Positions 1 to 14,438 of a stretch of DNA of 64,000 nt are shown here, piece by piece; position 1 is the first letter of the stretch, and each line of letters starts with the position of its first letter. This stretch comes from Tubulanus polymorphus (Eukaryota > Animalia > Nemertea), in NCBI RefSeq assembly GCF_964204645.1, contig NC_134029.1, forward strand, positions 9,388,850 to 9,452,849, given 5' to 3'. The translations under genes were made by a program, and so were the position numbers. The notes under the pieces were generated by a model. The model saw only the letters and a list, made by a program, of their open reading frames with translations. It had not been told where the DNA came from and made no database searches.

Positions 1-531
1 TTCGCGGCGCTGTGGTATACCGCACTGGCACACAATGTCACAAATAACAACACCACTCCACCCTACAGATTTACCAATAAAACATTCCTTAAAAGCTTTT
101 ACACACTACAAAAATAAAGACAACATCCCAATGGGGTGCTGGTAGACCACTGAATGCCAGCCTTAACCTTAACAGTGGAAATTCGTTCATTGTTGATCAA
201 GTTTGCACTGGATTTTTAGGCTTCCGAATCCAAATATCATCAAGTGAGTCATCAAATAGATATAAGATTACCATCCCTGCTGTATTCGGTTACATTGACA
301 ATTGATGCACTTCAAGGAATAAAAAAGCAGAAGGAATTGATCCTAGATAACCAAGTAACTACGAGCAGTCCTATAGCAGGGAGTCCTCAATTTCCACTAT
401 TTCTTCGATTTCGATCTTGCAGTCAATCGAATCCGATGAGATTGAGACTAATGCTACAAACCCCTGCCGTGCATATGCACATTATTTAGTCAATGATTTC
501 TACAATAGCACAATTTCTGATTGCGTTAATA

Positions 532-1807
532 AACTAGGGGTCCAGGGACACCATGCCCACTTGGGAAATGGTTCCAAATGCTCAACAATCTAACAATTTC
601 AATATTCAACGCCCCCTGGCAACCATATACAAAAACCAATGACCTTGAAACTCACCACAATCATAGAACATGTCAGCAGCTACGATTTTGTAATTTATTG
701 TGATAACAAAATATGCCTCGTTACCAATTTGATATGGAAATACTAAGTTATTCTACTATTCTTACTAGTAGTTATACTACTGGAGACCATATTCAAAACC
801 CAATGACCTCAAAACTTACCACAATCGTAGAACATGTCATGAACTACAATTTTGCAATTGATCATGGTAACAAAATATGCCTAGGTACCAATATAATAAG
901 GAAATACTAAGTTATTCTACTATTCAACGCCCTCTGGTGACCATATAGAAAAACTAATGTCCTTAAAACTCACAACAATCATAGATGATGTCATGAGCTA
1001 CAACTTTCCGATTGATTGTGGTTACAAAATATGCATAGGTACGAATATAATAAAGAAATGCTAAGATATTGTATTATTCAACGCCCCCTGGTGGCCATAT
1101 ACGAAATCTAATTACCTTGAAACACACCACAATCATAGAACATGTTATGAGCTACAACTTTCTAATTGATTGTGGTATCAAAATACGCTTAGGCATCAAT
1201 ATAATGTGGAAAAACTTTTTCCCATTTACGAATGAGTACTGGTGACACCAAGATGGCAGCCAATTGCGTCATAATTGGCTGATGAAAAATACCTGTCTCA
1301 GGTATTAAACATCCCTTTCCAAAGAATACCCATCACAAATTGCAATGAGAAATGATATACCAGTAGGAAGCTACAGGACTCGGAATTTGGGCCAAAATTA
1401 ACATTTTTTGGCACTAAAAAGGTCATAGGACGGCCATCTTGAGTCCGATCGACCCAATTTTTGTTATGCTGATTGGCCCTGGGGGGATTCACATACATCC
1501 AGAAGATCAAGGTCATTGATCTAAGCGTCTCCAAAATTTCCCTCAAAAAGTTCAAAAATGTGTAAAAAGTGCTGATTTTGGCGAACAACAATGGCTGCCA
1601 GTCCGCCATCTTGAATCTGACAGGGCCAGTTTTTGGGCTGAAGATGTGTCTAGGGTAGATACATGTGTAACCCAAATATCAAGACGTTACTTTGAAGCGT
1701 CTTCAAAACTTCCCAAAATAACTGGATTCCGTCTACGGATGGACGGACGACGGACGAAAAGTGAACGCAATAGCCCGCTGGGACTAAAGTCCTAAGTGGG
1801 CTAAAAA
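532..1807 (-). mobile_element. Non-autonomous Helentron (HINE/DINE-1-like) element, family 1, copy 1
   Basis: On the minus strand it begins TTTTTAGCCCACT with a palindrome, then a (GTCC/GTC)n microsatellite and about 4 internal ~154-bp tandem units. It ends with sub-TIR CCCAAGTGGGC then CTAGTT. A near-identical copy lies at 29732-30993. Confidence 0.8.
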
Positions 1808-2927
1808 TCGGGAAAAAAAGTCTTTGAGGAGTAGTTCGTACTATGATAGCCTCAATGGCATCATGTCCTAAATACTGCAGAAAGGAAGAATGAATTCTAC
1901 TCTTAAGCATAGATTTTCAACGGCCCTACAAAGTCTCCAGTGAATGACTAAATTCTATTTGGTTCGATCATCTGTCTTATAGGCATAGTAGTTTTCATAT
2001 ACTGGTACTGATTATCGTCATCATTGATGTTTCACGTTTAGTTTTTCCACCATGATTTTTGATTTAAATGTTAAAATAACTAAATTTGGATTGGTTGAAT
2101 CTGGATTACGTTATCGAGACTTCATACTATACTATTTTTGCAATGAAGAATTTCAAACAAACAAGGTCAATATCAATGATCTTGATTTAGCAAGCATATA
2201 CATACCATATGATCTGAAAGTCCGATCCATGCTGTTACAAAATAGAAGCTATGAGTTATGACGCTACCATGATGACCCTCAGCTGTGACGTCTTGATGTC
2301 AAGGATTAATTCTAAAACCAGGGGGTAGTCATTCAAAAGCTCGTAAGAGTTAACAAATGGACAACTGACCACGAAGCCAATTAAAACTGCACTGTTACCA
2401 CACTTTTCATCTGACGGTATAAATTAACAACCGAATTTAGAAAAACTGGCTCAAGAAATTCAATCCTCAATATTGAGTAAAATTGAAACAAAAATACATA
2501 TCATCATGATTGATAAAGCGATTGTTATCATAAAATAGAACTTCTATGTTCATCAGAAAGGATACGGTGGTCAGCTATTTTAGAGACGAGGTCATCGTGA
2601 TCAAATAACAACAAACCGATAACTGCCAACAAGAAGAAAACAGCACCGCGAAACTAAAATAGAAATCACAAAGGTCCAGGCATTAACATTGTGTTCTTTC
2701 GTCTATACATGTATAGGTTAGTCCATTTTCAATTAAAACTGTCCCATGTGAAAGATACTAAAAATTGGCTCAAAACTCAAGGCAACCGAAAATTTTGGGG
2801 GGATCCATACTATATTAATAATCCCTATATCACAGTACTCTGCATAACTGATTTTTTGGAACTGATTACTTCTGAGGTATGCAATTTCCAATTAGCAATT
2901 TTTGGATTTCCCAATATCCCAGGTTTA

Positions 2928-3173
<246 letters not shown>

Positions 3174-5469
3174 TTATATAATAATTACATGTACCGTACT
3201 TCTTTACATCAGGAAGATGGTGGTATGTATATCGAATCTTATCCATCTAATCTGATGAAGTGCAGCAATTCTTTGTGGCAATAATGTTTACCTGATTTTT
3301 TGTAAGCCGAGTTCCAGATGAGAATGGCTTTTGTAAAACGAGAAAAACAGCTGCAGATCTGTAATAAAACCAGCTATATCATACATTCACATTCACTAGG
3401 AACATATATCTTAGGGTAAATCAAATCTCAAGTGATTATTCATAGTGTCGACCATTTAAGGTATAAGGGATTAATCCTTTATTCAGTGGGTATGTCCCAA
3501 CAAACCTTCCAACAAAAAGGGGCTTTTTGAAATACAGAACGTTGAATTAACAGGATTTTGTTTTGGAGTATATAATTCGAATTTTTTGTTACAGAGCCCC
3601 TCCATAATTGACCACTGAGGAATGAAGCACAATTCACACTGCAAGCCAAGGAATGTGTCAATCCGATTGGTACCAGATTACAATTCCAGTAAAACCTCAT
3701 TTAGCGAACTACAGGAGGTGAAATTGTCCTTTTTTGTACCCAAGTCTTTTGGTTTGCAATAACTGATAAATCATTCAATCCAATTAACGAGGTTCCACTA
3801 TATTCAAGTAAAAATTCGAGACCTACCCTAATTTGATGATACAGAGGAATTGGACGACGTGAACAGTTTTCAACACATCATACGTCAAAAACAGGCCAAA
3901 ACATCGTGCCAATTTAGAGACAGCTAATAGGACGATATATGGAGCAAATCTGAAATAGAATATTTTTGCAATTAATAAAATATATGACATGGTTAGGTTA
4001 AGGATATCATAAGGAAAACAACAGGACCTCTAGCTAGAATATTTTGCAAAAACCTGAATGAAATTTGCAATGTCTGCAAAAATGAACATTTCATCAACAA
4101 AAGTTCACAGCTTCCCATGCTTTTGTCTAGATTAAAAACTTCCAAGTTAGAGCAATCTAAATGTGAAGGCAAAGAATCTAAAGGGGCTCTAAAGAACCAT
4201 CATCCTGATATTTGCATATTACAGACCTCAACCATGATTAGCTCAATATTCAATGGAGTGCAATATTCGTTAAAGATTACCCCTGTAGGCATTGATTATG
4301 AATTTTTATGTTCTTACCGTGATGTTGGATAAATAGCCCTCGTGGGTAGAATTTCATTTGTGTGATCTTGCATGATTTTTCTGTTAATTCATTTCTTCAG
4401 AGTTGATCTGCAATGAACCAATTGCAGACTACATTAAACTCTAAACGTAGAGCGCTAGGCCAAAAGGTCAAAATATACATTATTGCAAAACGAACAAGTC
4501 CTGATGAATGAAATATAGAAAAATCTGTGAAGAAAGAAATCCCAACACAGACTCCCATGAGTTAAGTGAAAAAAGTGAAGCAGAGAAATATGCTAGTCTT
4601 CCAGCTGATGCATTGAATGTTCTAGCACTTCAATCTCTACCATGCAATTTGCTTTAAACGCCATTAAAATGTGTTACCGGGTACCCGAATTACAAGACAA
4701 ATTTGTGTTTTACATATTCTTTGAAAATAACTACACGTAGATAGTAAAATGCTATTATTTTTTTCGTTACTAAATGCATATTCACATTAAATAACAGCAA
4801 GGTTACAGTGCTTTAATATAGGAATGAAGACTTTAGATCCTGTACCAACTGATCAGGAGGCTTTTGAAAGGATTTTGTTGATAGGTTTTCAATCTCCTTG
4901 TGAAGAAGGATTTTAATACAGAAAACAGAGGCTGCTGGAATTCGCCCATGACTATACCACAGTCATTGAGAATCTTGCCAAGGAGGTGGGTGTCTAACTA
5001 AACCTGTCAGTGGTTTGGAGACAGCTGTTAGGATACAAATCCTGTCCAAGTGCAGTGATGATTTACCTAAAATCAAAAATATGCTTTGGTTGTGGAATTG
5101 ATTAATTTTGCTGCTGCGGAGGTCAATATAGCAGACTAGGCATTGTTGGTTTCATGGACAAAATTGTGTAAGCCTTCAAAGAATGGGATAGGTAAAAATG
5201 GCTGAGAATTTTAGCCACCTTCACTTCAAAGGCAAGTAGGAACCACGATATATTAGATAGCATAAAGAAAGTGGCGAAATTTGTTAATTCTACCAAATCT
5301 ACCACTGCAGTTACTAACTATACAGTCAATCCTTAATAATAATAGGAGTTCCGCCACAACAACAAGTATGAGCGAAGACACGAATAATAGTAGTAGTAGA
5401 GGCAAAGATGATTTTTCTCTTGTAGTGAATAAGAGAAGTTAAAGTAGTACCGGAACATTAGACCAGTCT

Positions 5470-5760
5470 GTATCAAAGAATGAAACTTTGATGAAAGCTG
5501 AGATAATCTGGTGTTTAAAATCCGTTACGAGCCATTACTCAATCAATTCCTATGACAATGTTGGTGTCCTATTTCAGAATGTTTTCTGATTGTGAGATAG
5601 CTCGTGAATTTGAATGTGGCAAAAACAAGGTTGCCTACATGACACAATATGGAATTGCGCCATATTCTAAAACTTTGTTAACAAAAAATGTTACGTCGAA
5701 AGATCAATTTGTTCTATTGTTTGATGAAAGTCTCAATCATAAGACCTAAAATTGCAAATG
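5470..5760 (+). pseudogene. hAT-like transposase fragment
   Basis: Translates to KAEIIWCLK...MFSDCEIAREFECGKNKVAY...GIAPY...FVLLFDESLN, typical of the hAT/ZNF862-like N-terminus up to the first catalytic Asp. Frameshifted and truncated. Confidence 0.55.
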
Positions 5761-5779
5761 CAACCTAAAAATGGCAAAA

Positions 5780-6120
5780 ATTGACAGCATATATCTGGGA
5801 CATAGATAAACTCACAAATATGGTCACCAGCAACATGGCCAGTGTATAGAACTAACAACGATGTCAAAGGGTGGCACACTCGTCTAAATTCAAAGGCCCA
5901 AAAAGGACAATTGAATCTGAATCTACTCATAAGTCAAACTCATGGTGAAGCCTCTCTCATTCCAATGCCAGACTTGCCAACTTAAAGATAAAAACGAGAA
6001 TGAAATTCACGCAGCAGCACGAGCAGATTTGTAGATCATGGGACAGCTACAGCGATAGACATATGGTTGTGTCGGCATCATTAAAGCAAATAGCTCATTT
6101 CGTGGCAATATATGCATAAC
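5780..6120 (+). pseudogene. Mutator (MULE) transposase C-terminal fragment
   Basis: W.VYRTNNDVKGWHTRLNSKA resembles the MULE RTNNxxEGWHxRLN motif. Degraded. Confidence 0.5.
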
Positions 6121-6945
6121 AATAATTTCGATATGTGTGTAACTGTTGTAAATTTTGGTTATTTGTGACCAATGTCCTTTCTATGGAATAAATCAGTGCA
6201 AACCATGATATCATAAGACAGTTTTGAGATTGAATTGTTGTTTAGAATTGAACAGAAATTGAAATGATAAAGTATTAACGCACCATGGACTATTAATACG
6301 TTGAAAGTTAGATTTATGTCGCATTTATACCATACAATGCGAAGTGCCACTAGATTGTTTTTTCACACTTAGCTCAGACATTGGTTTACCAGTGATGGAT
6401 GATAAGACAGTGATACCTTGCAGGTGTTTAATAATTTACGGTAAAGAGATAGATTCTCTGACATAAACATGGGTCCAGATTTGGGCTGCTGCAAGTTGAG
6501 CACCGTTATCCTGTCAGGAGATGGATTACGAATTTGAGGGCGTTTATCATTCGACCAACAGTATGATTATATCAGCTTACATTAAAAGTGAATCGGTCAG
6601 ATATAAGACCTATGGTGCAAATCGAGTGCAGATAATTCACAAAAGGTCTTCAAAAATTTAATCACTTGCACTACGCCTGAAGAGGGGAAATGTTATTCCC
6701 TAAAACATTTGCAACAATGAATATATCTACTCATGGCGGATCCAGGACCACATGGAAATTCTGGTTTTGGTTTGAAAAAGCACTGAATTAGTTTCACCTG
6801 GACTAGCCGAAGGCCCTCCGCAGAAAGTTTTATGTTGAATTTCATGCAATTTGGGGGATTCCCGGACAGATTTCACTCCTGCTGAGTTCCATTGTTCATA
6901 CTGAATCGAATGTCACAGAGCCATTCCTCATCCTCAAGAGTCACA

Positions 6946-7820
6946 CAGGGGCGGATCCAGACCGTATTAGCCGTATTACCCAATACGGTCTAGAATTTCT
7001 AAGTGCCCTTCGAAATTTCACCGGCAATATTTTTGACGGCATTATTTCAGCAACCGCTAATTCTGTGTCCGGAATCCGGGCATAATTATAAAATTAATCG
7101 GTAAATACTGCTGCCGAGAAAGTGAGGAGAGATAATCATACTTGATATTAGGCCTTTAATCATGATGAATTAAAAAGGGCACTCATGCTTTAGATGAGGG
7201 CACCTTGTCCTTGCATTTTCAGGGAGGGCTAAAGGGGCACTCGTACTTTAGAAGAGGGCACTATACGCGGAAAATATTGAAGAAAAGGGCACTTTGCCTT
7301 TTCAAGGGGCACGCTCAGGCTTTAATTCGCGGTGAATGCTGAAGAAAAAGGCACTTTTTGCCTAATTTTTAAAATTATAGGGGCACTTTTGGTTTGGAAT
7401 ACGGCACTCGACATACGGATAAATGTGAAGACGAGGCAATTTTTGCCAATTGTTAACAATGAAGGGGCAACTTAGCCATATTCTGTATAATTGTTAAGGG
7501 GCACTTTTAAAGATAATAGGGGCACTAGGGAAAATATGAAAAACAATGCCAGTGTTTTTTATGGGTGTCTTCTGTGAAATTCATTGTTGATCTTGAAGTT
7601 GGCGACAACAATTCTTTCATGGGTTCGCCAGCTTCATTTTTTATCCGCATTTGTTGAAATCTTGTCTTGGATTCGTTTATTCTGGATTGCTCTGCTAGCC
7701 TCTAGAAGCCCTCTAAAAGCCTTTAAATGGTACCATATTTTCAAAATTTTCCTAAGCTCAGAAGGGTGCCCTTAAATTTCCTTCCAATACTGTCTACCCA
7801 TCCCCCTGGATCAGCCCCTG
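6946..7820. mobile_element. MITE with CAG..CTG ends and 5-bp TSD (hAT5-like)
   Basis: TIRs CAGGGGCGGATCCAG / CTGGATCAGCCCCTG. Direct repeat TCACA at 6941-6945 and 7821-7825. Many internal AGGGCAC sub-repeats. Confidence 0.8.
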
Positions 7821-8139
7821 TCACAATAAAAGAGGGTTTTGCATCGGAACAGGGCATAACAATATTTATGGCGCGACAACCGGGCCATCAACTAGCGCCC
7901 TTTTTGCCAGCGGGCGCTGCTGCTTGTAACCATGTCTCTCGCTTCACTGTTCTGTCAATCACAGACAACTTCCGGGTCATTCTTTCTGTTACAGGTTCCA
8001 CAACAATAGGTCTGCTTTGAGAATTTATCTTCTATTATCTGTCGTAATCCGACCGTTGCGTAATCAATACGCATTCAGAATTTATACCGGTACTTATATT
8101 CATATACCTATACGTATTTCTATATAGGCCTATTCGACA

Positions 8140-8760
8140 ATGTCCCATAAACCCTTGTTCGTGGTAATTTTGGGCAATAGTTATATCCACCAGTTAAACG
8201 ATTTCGTCGCCAATACAGGCCCAGGTTCTGTCAGAAGGGTGGAATCTGTCAGGAATTTCTTAGGGATTCAACGCTCCTAGGCATAAGCGGAGGGTACTGT
8301 CAGCAAGATTAATTCGCAGCAGGTTGTTGAAAGAGTGAAGAGGCTGGCTCAAATAATCATCTTGCAAATCGGGGGTAATGATATTGATGACCCTTCAGTG
8401 AAGCCTGCTTAAGCGGGAATGGCAATCTTTGAGTTGGCAAAAACTTTCGAGAAAACATATGCGTCGGTTTGCATATGCAAGATCACTAACCGCCTTGTGG
8501 AGGAATTTCTCTTGCCCTGACGAGAATTCAAGGGTCCAAGAGCTTAATCTTTTTTGAGCGCTGTTTGCGCGGACCACCAACGCCTGCTTTTCTGGAAGCA
8601 CAAGGGGCTTTGGAACCAGTACGCGAACATTTTCGCTGGCGCCAGCGTCCACTTAAAAGGGATTAAGGGCATTATGACCTTAGCAGATTCCGATGCACAC
8701 TCGATGAAAAGAGGGAAAAATAAACGACTTAATGTTGTAGAAAATTTAACATGAAAGATT
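8140..8760 (+). pseudogene. SGNH/GDSL-hydrolase-like ORF remnant of the type found in Ngaro/DIRS or CR1 elements
   Basis: MSHKPLFVVILGNSYIHQL (block I-like), LQIGGNDID (block III) and FWKHKGLW...SVHL (block V-like) are spread over frameshifted frames. Confidence 0.5.
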
Positions 8761-10615
8761 TTCGACACATTTTAGAAAGGAAGTCGAATGAATATTAAGA
8801 ACTATACTAATATTCTAACTCCTGAGGTATGTTTCTATCGTAACTAGACAAAATATTGGTTGCTATGAACAAGTGACAGAACCTGGGTAGCACGTGTTCT
8901 CAAGAAACTGATAATTCTATCCAGTCAATTGATCAATGGATCAGGAGATTAGTCAATCTGAGTCTTTTTGCATAGGTGGGAGTTAGCAGGGAAAATAATA
9001 ACTGGACCAATGAATCAACCACCTGAGAAGTTCTTAATAGGCTGGGTGGTAATGCCATTGACTAACTATTGCTGGCTCAACACAAAGACTCTGTTGTACA
9101 TGCTTTGAAATTCAATTTTGGGGAGAAACGTTCACATCTTTTGAAATTTTTTTTGAAAACACGATTTTTAAAAATATTCCAAGGAGTATTTTGTTTCATA
9201 AAACATCTAGAAGGCTGTTGTACATTGTTAAATTGATGCAAAATAAATGCTCCCTGCAGTTGGCTGATCTCCCGCAGCCAATCAATTTAAGGGCATATTC
9301 GATTATACGATGCAGACAAACCGGTCTATTAATCTGCTTGAATAGTCGTGTGCCATTTTGTAGGATTTTCTCATTTCGCAGTCATTGGACAGTCTTATCA
9401 TATGTTTATTTTAAATTTGATAGTCGTCGTATTGATTCCGTATCCCCACATCTATAGTATCATGCAAAAACCGGAGATACAATCAATACGCTACATTGTC
9501 AATGCTCGCACAATCGAATTGGCCCAAACCAGGCGCCGCACTGATTGACATTAGACTGTTAGATTTTCGTTTGGTTTAGCGTTTATTTTATGAAGTAAGT
9601 AATAATTTATAACGTAGAGTACTGATGATATAGTTTCCAGGATGAAGAGGTAAAGGTACACTGTCATAGGCCGTAAAACTGTCATAAATTGTACGTTTAC
9701 TGCGTAAATCACCGCACAAATTTCAGCAGTCGATGCCTTTAATAAGAAAATATTGATATTCTTGTCCGCCCTTCTAAGATCCGTGGATCTCTAGTTAATG
9801 TGAGCTATCAGCATGAGTACACACAGGTAGCCAGGGTAGATGTCGACACTGCCTTGTAGTGAAAAATTTCATTTTTCGATTGAAAAATTGTATTCCTAAA
9901 AATACTTACCTGTACTGACATAATAGCCAAGTTGCTTTAGACGACTGGCGCCCGCCATAAACGACTTTGAGAGTAAGCCAACCATCAGCTGGCGCCACCT
10001 ACCCTACTCATCTTTGTTTAATGGCACGTAGAAAGATGGTCGTCATCAACTAACTTTACTGGCTAAATCGACATTTTTACGGGTGTGAGCGTTCCATCGA
10101 TCGTCCCTTTTTATTAAAATCTTTTTCGGTTGGCAACGCCCTCCGTTTCTCGTTGTCGTGCCTGCTTATATAAATTTAATTTTTAGTAAATGCGTCCTTT
10201 TTTCGTTTACCACCTCAACGGTGCGTAGGGGCGTGGCTTCACGTTTCTAAGTGACAACGGCTCATTCAATGCACATGGCCGTTCATCGTTTTATTGTTCA
10301 GGTCACATAGGCCATTTATTATCTCACGATCCTTATCATAGTAACTCTAGGGACTGCACAAAGGGTGTTATTGTATGGGTTATGGAGTAACTGTAGGAAA
10401 TTATCAGATGTTATGTTGATATATTGATGTGTTCATTTAAATTGTAAATTATTGTATATATGCTGAAAATTGGTTTTCCTCGTTCTATGCCAAAATCCAC
10501 CACAACTAACATGGCTGAGCTTTGGAATTTGACCATGACCATTGAATCAGCACATTGGACTAGCATGAACCTCATCGAAAAGAAAACATCAGGTAATACA
10601 GAAAAATCATAGACA

Positions 10616-11275
10616 TAAAAAGAAAATAGGCATCATATTTCGCCCCAATTTTCCATTCTCATAGTGTATTGTGCTGCATCAAGAACTATTCATGGGGTGA
10701 CACATGATCATGTTGATCTGTTAAAACACTATGATGTTTAGACTGATGATAATGATTTGTGATTGCGATTTGCTAATTCTCGCTCCACAAACATACTTGG
10801 AGCAAATGATGGGAGGCTTGAAGAAATGCTTGAATCAATAGATAACCACAGAACATAACATTGAAAGCAGGAATCTTGAAAAAAAAACTGTTTAACCTGC
10901 TTATTCGGATGATTGTAACCCTGTCAATCATCAATATGATTTGTTTACAACAATGCATTTGCAGTTTATTTTATTTCACTATAATTAGTGTATGTCTCTT
11001 CTAACAAACTGGAACATTATGATAGATATGTTTATTATGCACCTAGTTCAACTTGGTTTTTGTTAGTATTTTCATTCATTGTTACTCATGCAGCATTATT
11101 TCTTAGTTAAAGGTAAACACCTTCCTACCAGAATTCTGTATATAAACTCAACTCAATTCCTGTTTGAGTCAGTGATGCATTTGATCAGCTAATAAACTTC
11201 TGTTCTCTGAATCCAACATTTATGGTCTTGCCGTTCATCAATGACTCTAAGTTTAATGATCTGTATCAATGACAG
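10616..11275. repeat. Interspersed repeat, copy 1 (uninterrupted)
   Basis: Aligns by eye with 14020-14438 plus 15564-15850 (AATAGGCATCATATTTCGCCCC... to ...CATCAATGACTC). Confidence 0.8.
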
Positions 11276-11748
11276 GGACTTTTTGATCAAGCAATCATGA
11301 CTGAGCATGTAGGCGTCAGGACCACACAGAATGAACATAACTTCAATGCATCCAGAGATATATGATATCAGCCAAGAATGGATGATTGGTGACAAATACA
11401 GCCATAATCTCCACCCAGACATAAGAAGTGATTAAAAATGAAAACCTTATCATTAAGAACTAGAAACCAACTATCAGCCATGTAAAGAAAGAACTTGAAT
11501 CAAGACAGACATTTTCGACTACAAGTTCAAAGTGTTGCTGTTACCATAATGAGAATTTAGGCTTCATACGATCGCGTGATGTGGGAGTTTCGCAAGTGGA
11601 TAAAATATAAGGAGGGTTCCCGAAATCAAAATAGACACGGGAAGACCAGACGGAGAGAGAACAGCCAGAGAGCAAGAAAACATACTCTATATAGAATACA
11701 AGCATATTGTTTCGCTGGAGAAGATTCGTCCAACTTTCATTTCTATTA

Positions 11749-12900
11749 CTGGTGGAGAATGACCGGGCAATGTCACAGGAAAGTGACTAGTATGACATCG
11801 CAACAAGTAAGTCTTCAAACGGAATTAGACAAAATTATGTACCAATTCTAACATTGTATGGGTCCGTAGAACAGGGTGAGAATGGTAGACAGGCATTAGC
11901 ATTGGGTCTACCCGATATGCAGTTGCAGCTAATACAGCTGCAAGCGCAGATTGCATTGCTTGGTACAGAAACTTTTGACAAATTGCCATTCAAACCCAAT
12001 AACACATTATCAAGGAACTCAGATGAGGATGTAAAAAGTTTTATTAGATTTTTGATGCTAGGGTCAATTTTGGGGGTTGGAAAAAGTAGCAGCTGTAGTG
12101 GCTTTCCCAATGTGTTTAAGTGATAGAGCTGGGAATCATTTTTATGAATTGAAGCAAGGACGAACAAGGGAATGCATCAGAAATTAATTCAGAAAATGTT
12201 TTTAGATTATCTAAGGAAAAGTTTGGTGGTAAAGAAATGGAATGGGTTTTATTAAGATCCATTCATTAGATCCATACATATATGGAGTGGTTGGTGTGGC
12301 TAATAGACAACGCAAGAAGAGAGATGATAATTTACAACCCTTTATCGATGGTTTTGTTGACACTAATTCTTTTGTCAATCATGATAGCATTTGTATCAGG
12401 AAAATATCTACAAATGATGCTAAGGCTGATCTTGCCTCAAAAATGAACAGGGAACCCATAACATTATGGGGAGGACTATTGAATGTATACAACAGAATCA
12501 AACTATTGAAAACTGTTAGAAGGGAAAAAAGAGGTTACCTGTATGCCAAAGGTCTTGAGACGAAATACTAAATGATCTGGCTAATTTCTTAGAATCCATG
12601 TCAAAAGTTAATCATACAGGAGCTTCAGCTACCCTCAATCTTGAGAATAAATGTAGAATTTTTGCTACGAAATTGCCAACTGTTGAATGTACAGATCTTT
12701 TTGATCAAAATATTCTGAGCAAACTAACTGCACTATTCGAAAGTTTATCGAATTTGACTAAAAATGATAGAAGAGAGCAATCGAATGAACAGAGCACCAC
12801 TATACTAGCTTCAGTTGCCAGGACTGTAGTGGCAAATATCAATAGTGGCAATATAATGTTTTGATAGACACAGGTGTTATGATTTCAGTTATGGGTAGTG
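11749..12900 (+). pseudogene. Gypsy gag/protease remnant behind a tRNA-Ala-like PBS
   Basis: TGGTGGAGAATG PBS-like motif at about 11750, gag-like SRNSDEDVKSFIRF..LGW..FP, and an aspartic protease-like LIDTG at about 12862. Confidence 0.5.
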
Positions 12901-12943
12901 AAACAAAGGCAGTCTTTAATTATAAATTTCCCTGGGAGGCACG

Positions 12944-13291
12944 TGTCACCAAGTCTCAACATCTGACCAAAATTATTTATTAACAACGACTACGGTGCAT
13001 GTCTCATTGAACATTATTGATTTCTCTAAATTTAGTTACTTCGGCAGTGACCAGAACAAATACAGCCCTCTATGGAACAAATGAAACCATCCGCCACAGT
13101 AGAATAAAGGGGGCTGGGAGCTGTATAAAAGTGGGGGACTCCTCATTCAGAGATTGACCACGCGACTCATTGGACGGAACACCGAGAACCTTGAAAATAA
13201 AGATACACTGACATACAACCAACTGCTTTCGTAACTTATCATTCTTGAGGAAGGAAACCGAATCAATAACTATTGGTTTCACCCTGTTTCA
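12944..13291 (+). mobile_element. Gypsy 5' LTR
   Basis: TGT...CA ends, TATAAAA at about 13125 and AATAAA at about 13196. Followed directly by PBS TGGTGGAGAATGC (complement of the tRNA-Ala 3' end) and gag. Confidence 0.6.
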
Positions 13292-13351
13292 CTGGTGGAG
13301 AATGCAGCTCTGTGTGTATTAATTACGTTACGTAAGTTTATTGAACTAATC

Positions 13352-13975
13352 ATGAATGTACCCATCTGTGTTTTGGGAGGCAGTGTGAATGGTCCAGTGG
13401 GTCAGGATGGTGGTGTGGCAGCAGTGCCGGTGTTTCCTGCCCTGGCAGGTTTAGTCCAGGTGGATCTGCAGGCGACATTGAGAGGCATGCAGATGCAACA
13501 GAATGCTTACATTTCATTCACAGGAAGAGCAACTGAAAGCTTTGACAGTTTTTGAGGCCGTTCAATACACGGGCTTATTTGGTGGGTGGTCACAGAAAAA
13601 GCGGTTTGTGGCTTTCCCTACGTATTTTAAGTCTAGGATGCTTGATTATTATCAAGGGTAAACTGGGGCAAGGATAGTGTGCATAAACATTAGTCTGTTG
13701 AAAAGGAATTTCGGGCTAGATTTTAAAACAAGGAATATACTTGGGTTTTAGAACAGTAACTGATGGAGAGGAGAATGAGGGGGACGGAGTCATTGGAATC
13801 TTATGTAAATAATGTCGTGGGTCTGGCCGGTCGGTTAAACAAAACAGGAGATCAGGTTATGTTACCATTTATCCACGGCATATTGCCTCATATGAAGTCT
13901 TTTGTGTTGAGTAAGTCCCCCACTTCGCCGGATCAAGCTATTAATGTTGCGCAAAGATTGGCGATTGGCGCAACC
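13352..13975 (+). pseudogene. Gypsy gag remnant
   Basis: FTGRATESFDSF...ESLESYVNNVVGLAGRL...FIHGILPHMKSFVLSKSPTS..QAI..A is a retrotransposon gag pattern. Broken by stops and frameshifts. Confidence 0.65.
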
Positions 13976-14438
13976 CCCATCTGTCTAGTCTATATATATG
14001 TTCCAATAATCATATTCCTATAAAAGGAAATAGGCATCATATTTCGCCCCACTGCATGATTCCATCCTCATAGTGTATATTGTATTGCATCAAGAGCTTT
14101 TCATGGGGTGACACATGATCATGTTGATCTGTTAGAATACTATAATGTTTAGACTGATGATAATGATTTGTGATTGCGATTTGCAAATTCTTGCTACACA
14201 AACATATTTGGACCGAATGATGGGAGGCTTGAAGAAATGCTAGAATCGATAGAAAATCACAGAACATGACATTGAAAACAGGATTTTTGAAGAAAAAACT
14301 GTTAAACCTGCTTATTCAGATATTTGCAACCCAGTCATGGAGTCAATCACCAATATGATGTGTTTACAACATTTCATTTGCAGTTTGTCTTATTTCACTA
14401 TAGTTAATGTATGTCTCTTCTAACGAACTGGAACATTA

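Noticed and set aside
1298-1910. ORFs of 125 and 86 aa
   Set aside because: They lie within the non-coding HINE element and are not kept open in the second copy.
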